DNA of 64,000 nucleotides from an uncultured Bacteroidia bacterium (GTDB taxonomy: Bacteria; Bacteroidota; Bacteroidia; J057; JADKCL01). The notes under the pieces were generated by a model, which did not search any database, was not told the origin of the DNA, and was given only the letters and a program-made list of their open reading frames with translations. Location of the stretch: NCBI GenBank assembly GCA_964352215.1, contig CAYGRE010000005.1:18527-82526 (forward strand), read 5' to 3'. Shown piece after piece: positions 63,661 through 64,000 of the stretch. Made by a program: the position numbers and the translations under genes. How positions within the stretch are numbered: the stretch's first letter is position 1; each line of letters begins with the position of its first letter.

Positions 63661-64000
63661 TTAAGTCCTGACCTCCTTCGGAGACATCCCATACTTGGCA
63701 GAAAATGCTTTGGAGAAATAGGATGCACTCGAAAATCCTACCTGGAATGCGACTTCACTGACGGAGCCGGCATTCTGCTCGAGTAGTTGATAGGCGTACT
63801 CCAAGCGGTAGTTTCGGATAAATTCTCCGGTTGACTGCCCGGTCAATGCCTTGACCTTGCGGTGCAGTTGGGTACGGCTCATGGCAAGTTGCTCCGCCAT
63901 GTCCTCGACGGATAGTTTTTCATTGCTGAGCTCTGCCTGCATCAACTCTTTGAGACGGATCAGGAACTGTTCCTCTATGGAAGTGGCTTCGGTTACGGTG
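63661..64000 (-). CDS. AraC-family HTH domain, C-terminus of a regulator whose start lies beyond the right edge
   Basis: LSVEDMAEQLAMSRTQLHRKVKALTGQSTGEFIRNYRLEYAYQLL...VSEVAFQVGFSSASYFSKAFSAKYGMSPKEVRT; frame stays open to 64000. Confidence 0.85.
   Translation of the reverse strand, partial: TVTEATSIEEQFLIRLKELMQAELSNEKLSVEDMAEQLAMSRTQLHRKVKALTGQSTGEFIRNYRLEYAYQLLEQNAGSVSEVAFQVGFSSASYFSKAFSAKYGMSPKEVRT

Overview
The window looks like a Bacteroidota (Saprospiraceae-like) chromosome segment, judged from type IX secretion (T9SS) sorting domains, SprB-type repeats and codon style. The dominant feature is missing from the supplied ORF track. It is a single minus-strand reading frame from the ATG at 23676 running off the left edge, at least 7,892 codons. 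It encodes a secreted giant protein with a signal peptide, two sugar-dehydrogenase-like beta-propellers, a Kelch propeller, five malectin-like modules, one DUF1349-like and two LamG-like lectin modules, four copies of an unnamed beta-rich module, and an array of SprB-like repeats locked in a 225-bp register. A 1,680-bp higher-order duplication lies inside it. The rest of the window holds secreted T9SS cargo (including an arylsulfotransferase-like protein), a YheT-like hydrolase, a wHTH-Fic fusion gene with three 24-bp-spaced operator-like repeats upstream, an intact and a decayed RelE/ParE-type toxin-antitoxin pair, a metzincin-like lipoprotein operon, an uncharacterised coupled two-gene unit (941 aa Cys-rich protein plus 265 aa protein with a possible His/Cys dyad), hairpin-rich intergenic DNA, and a seven-gene lipid or ester utilisation-like cluster whose FabH-like enzyme lacks two residues of the usual triad. 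Most + strand ORFs below 23.7 kb are antisense shadows. Family names are from recognisable motifs only; no searches were run.
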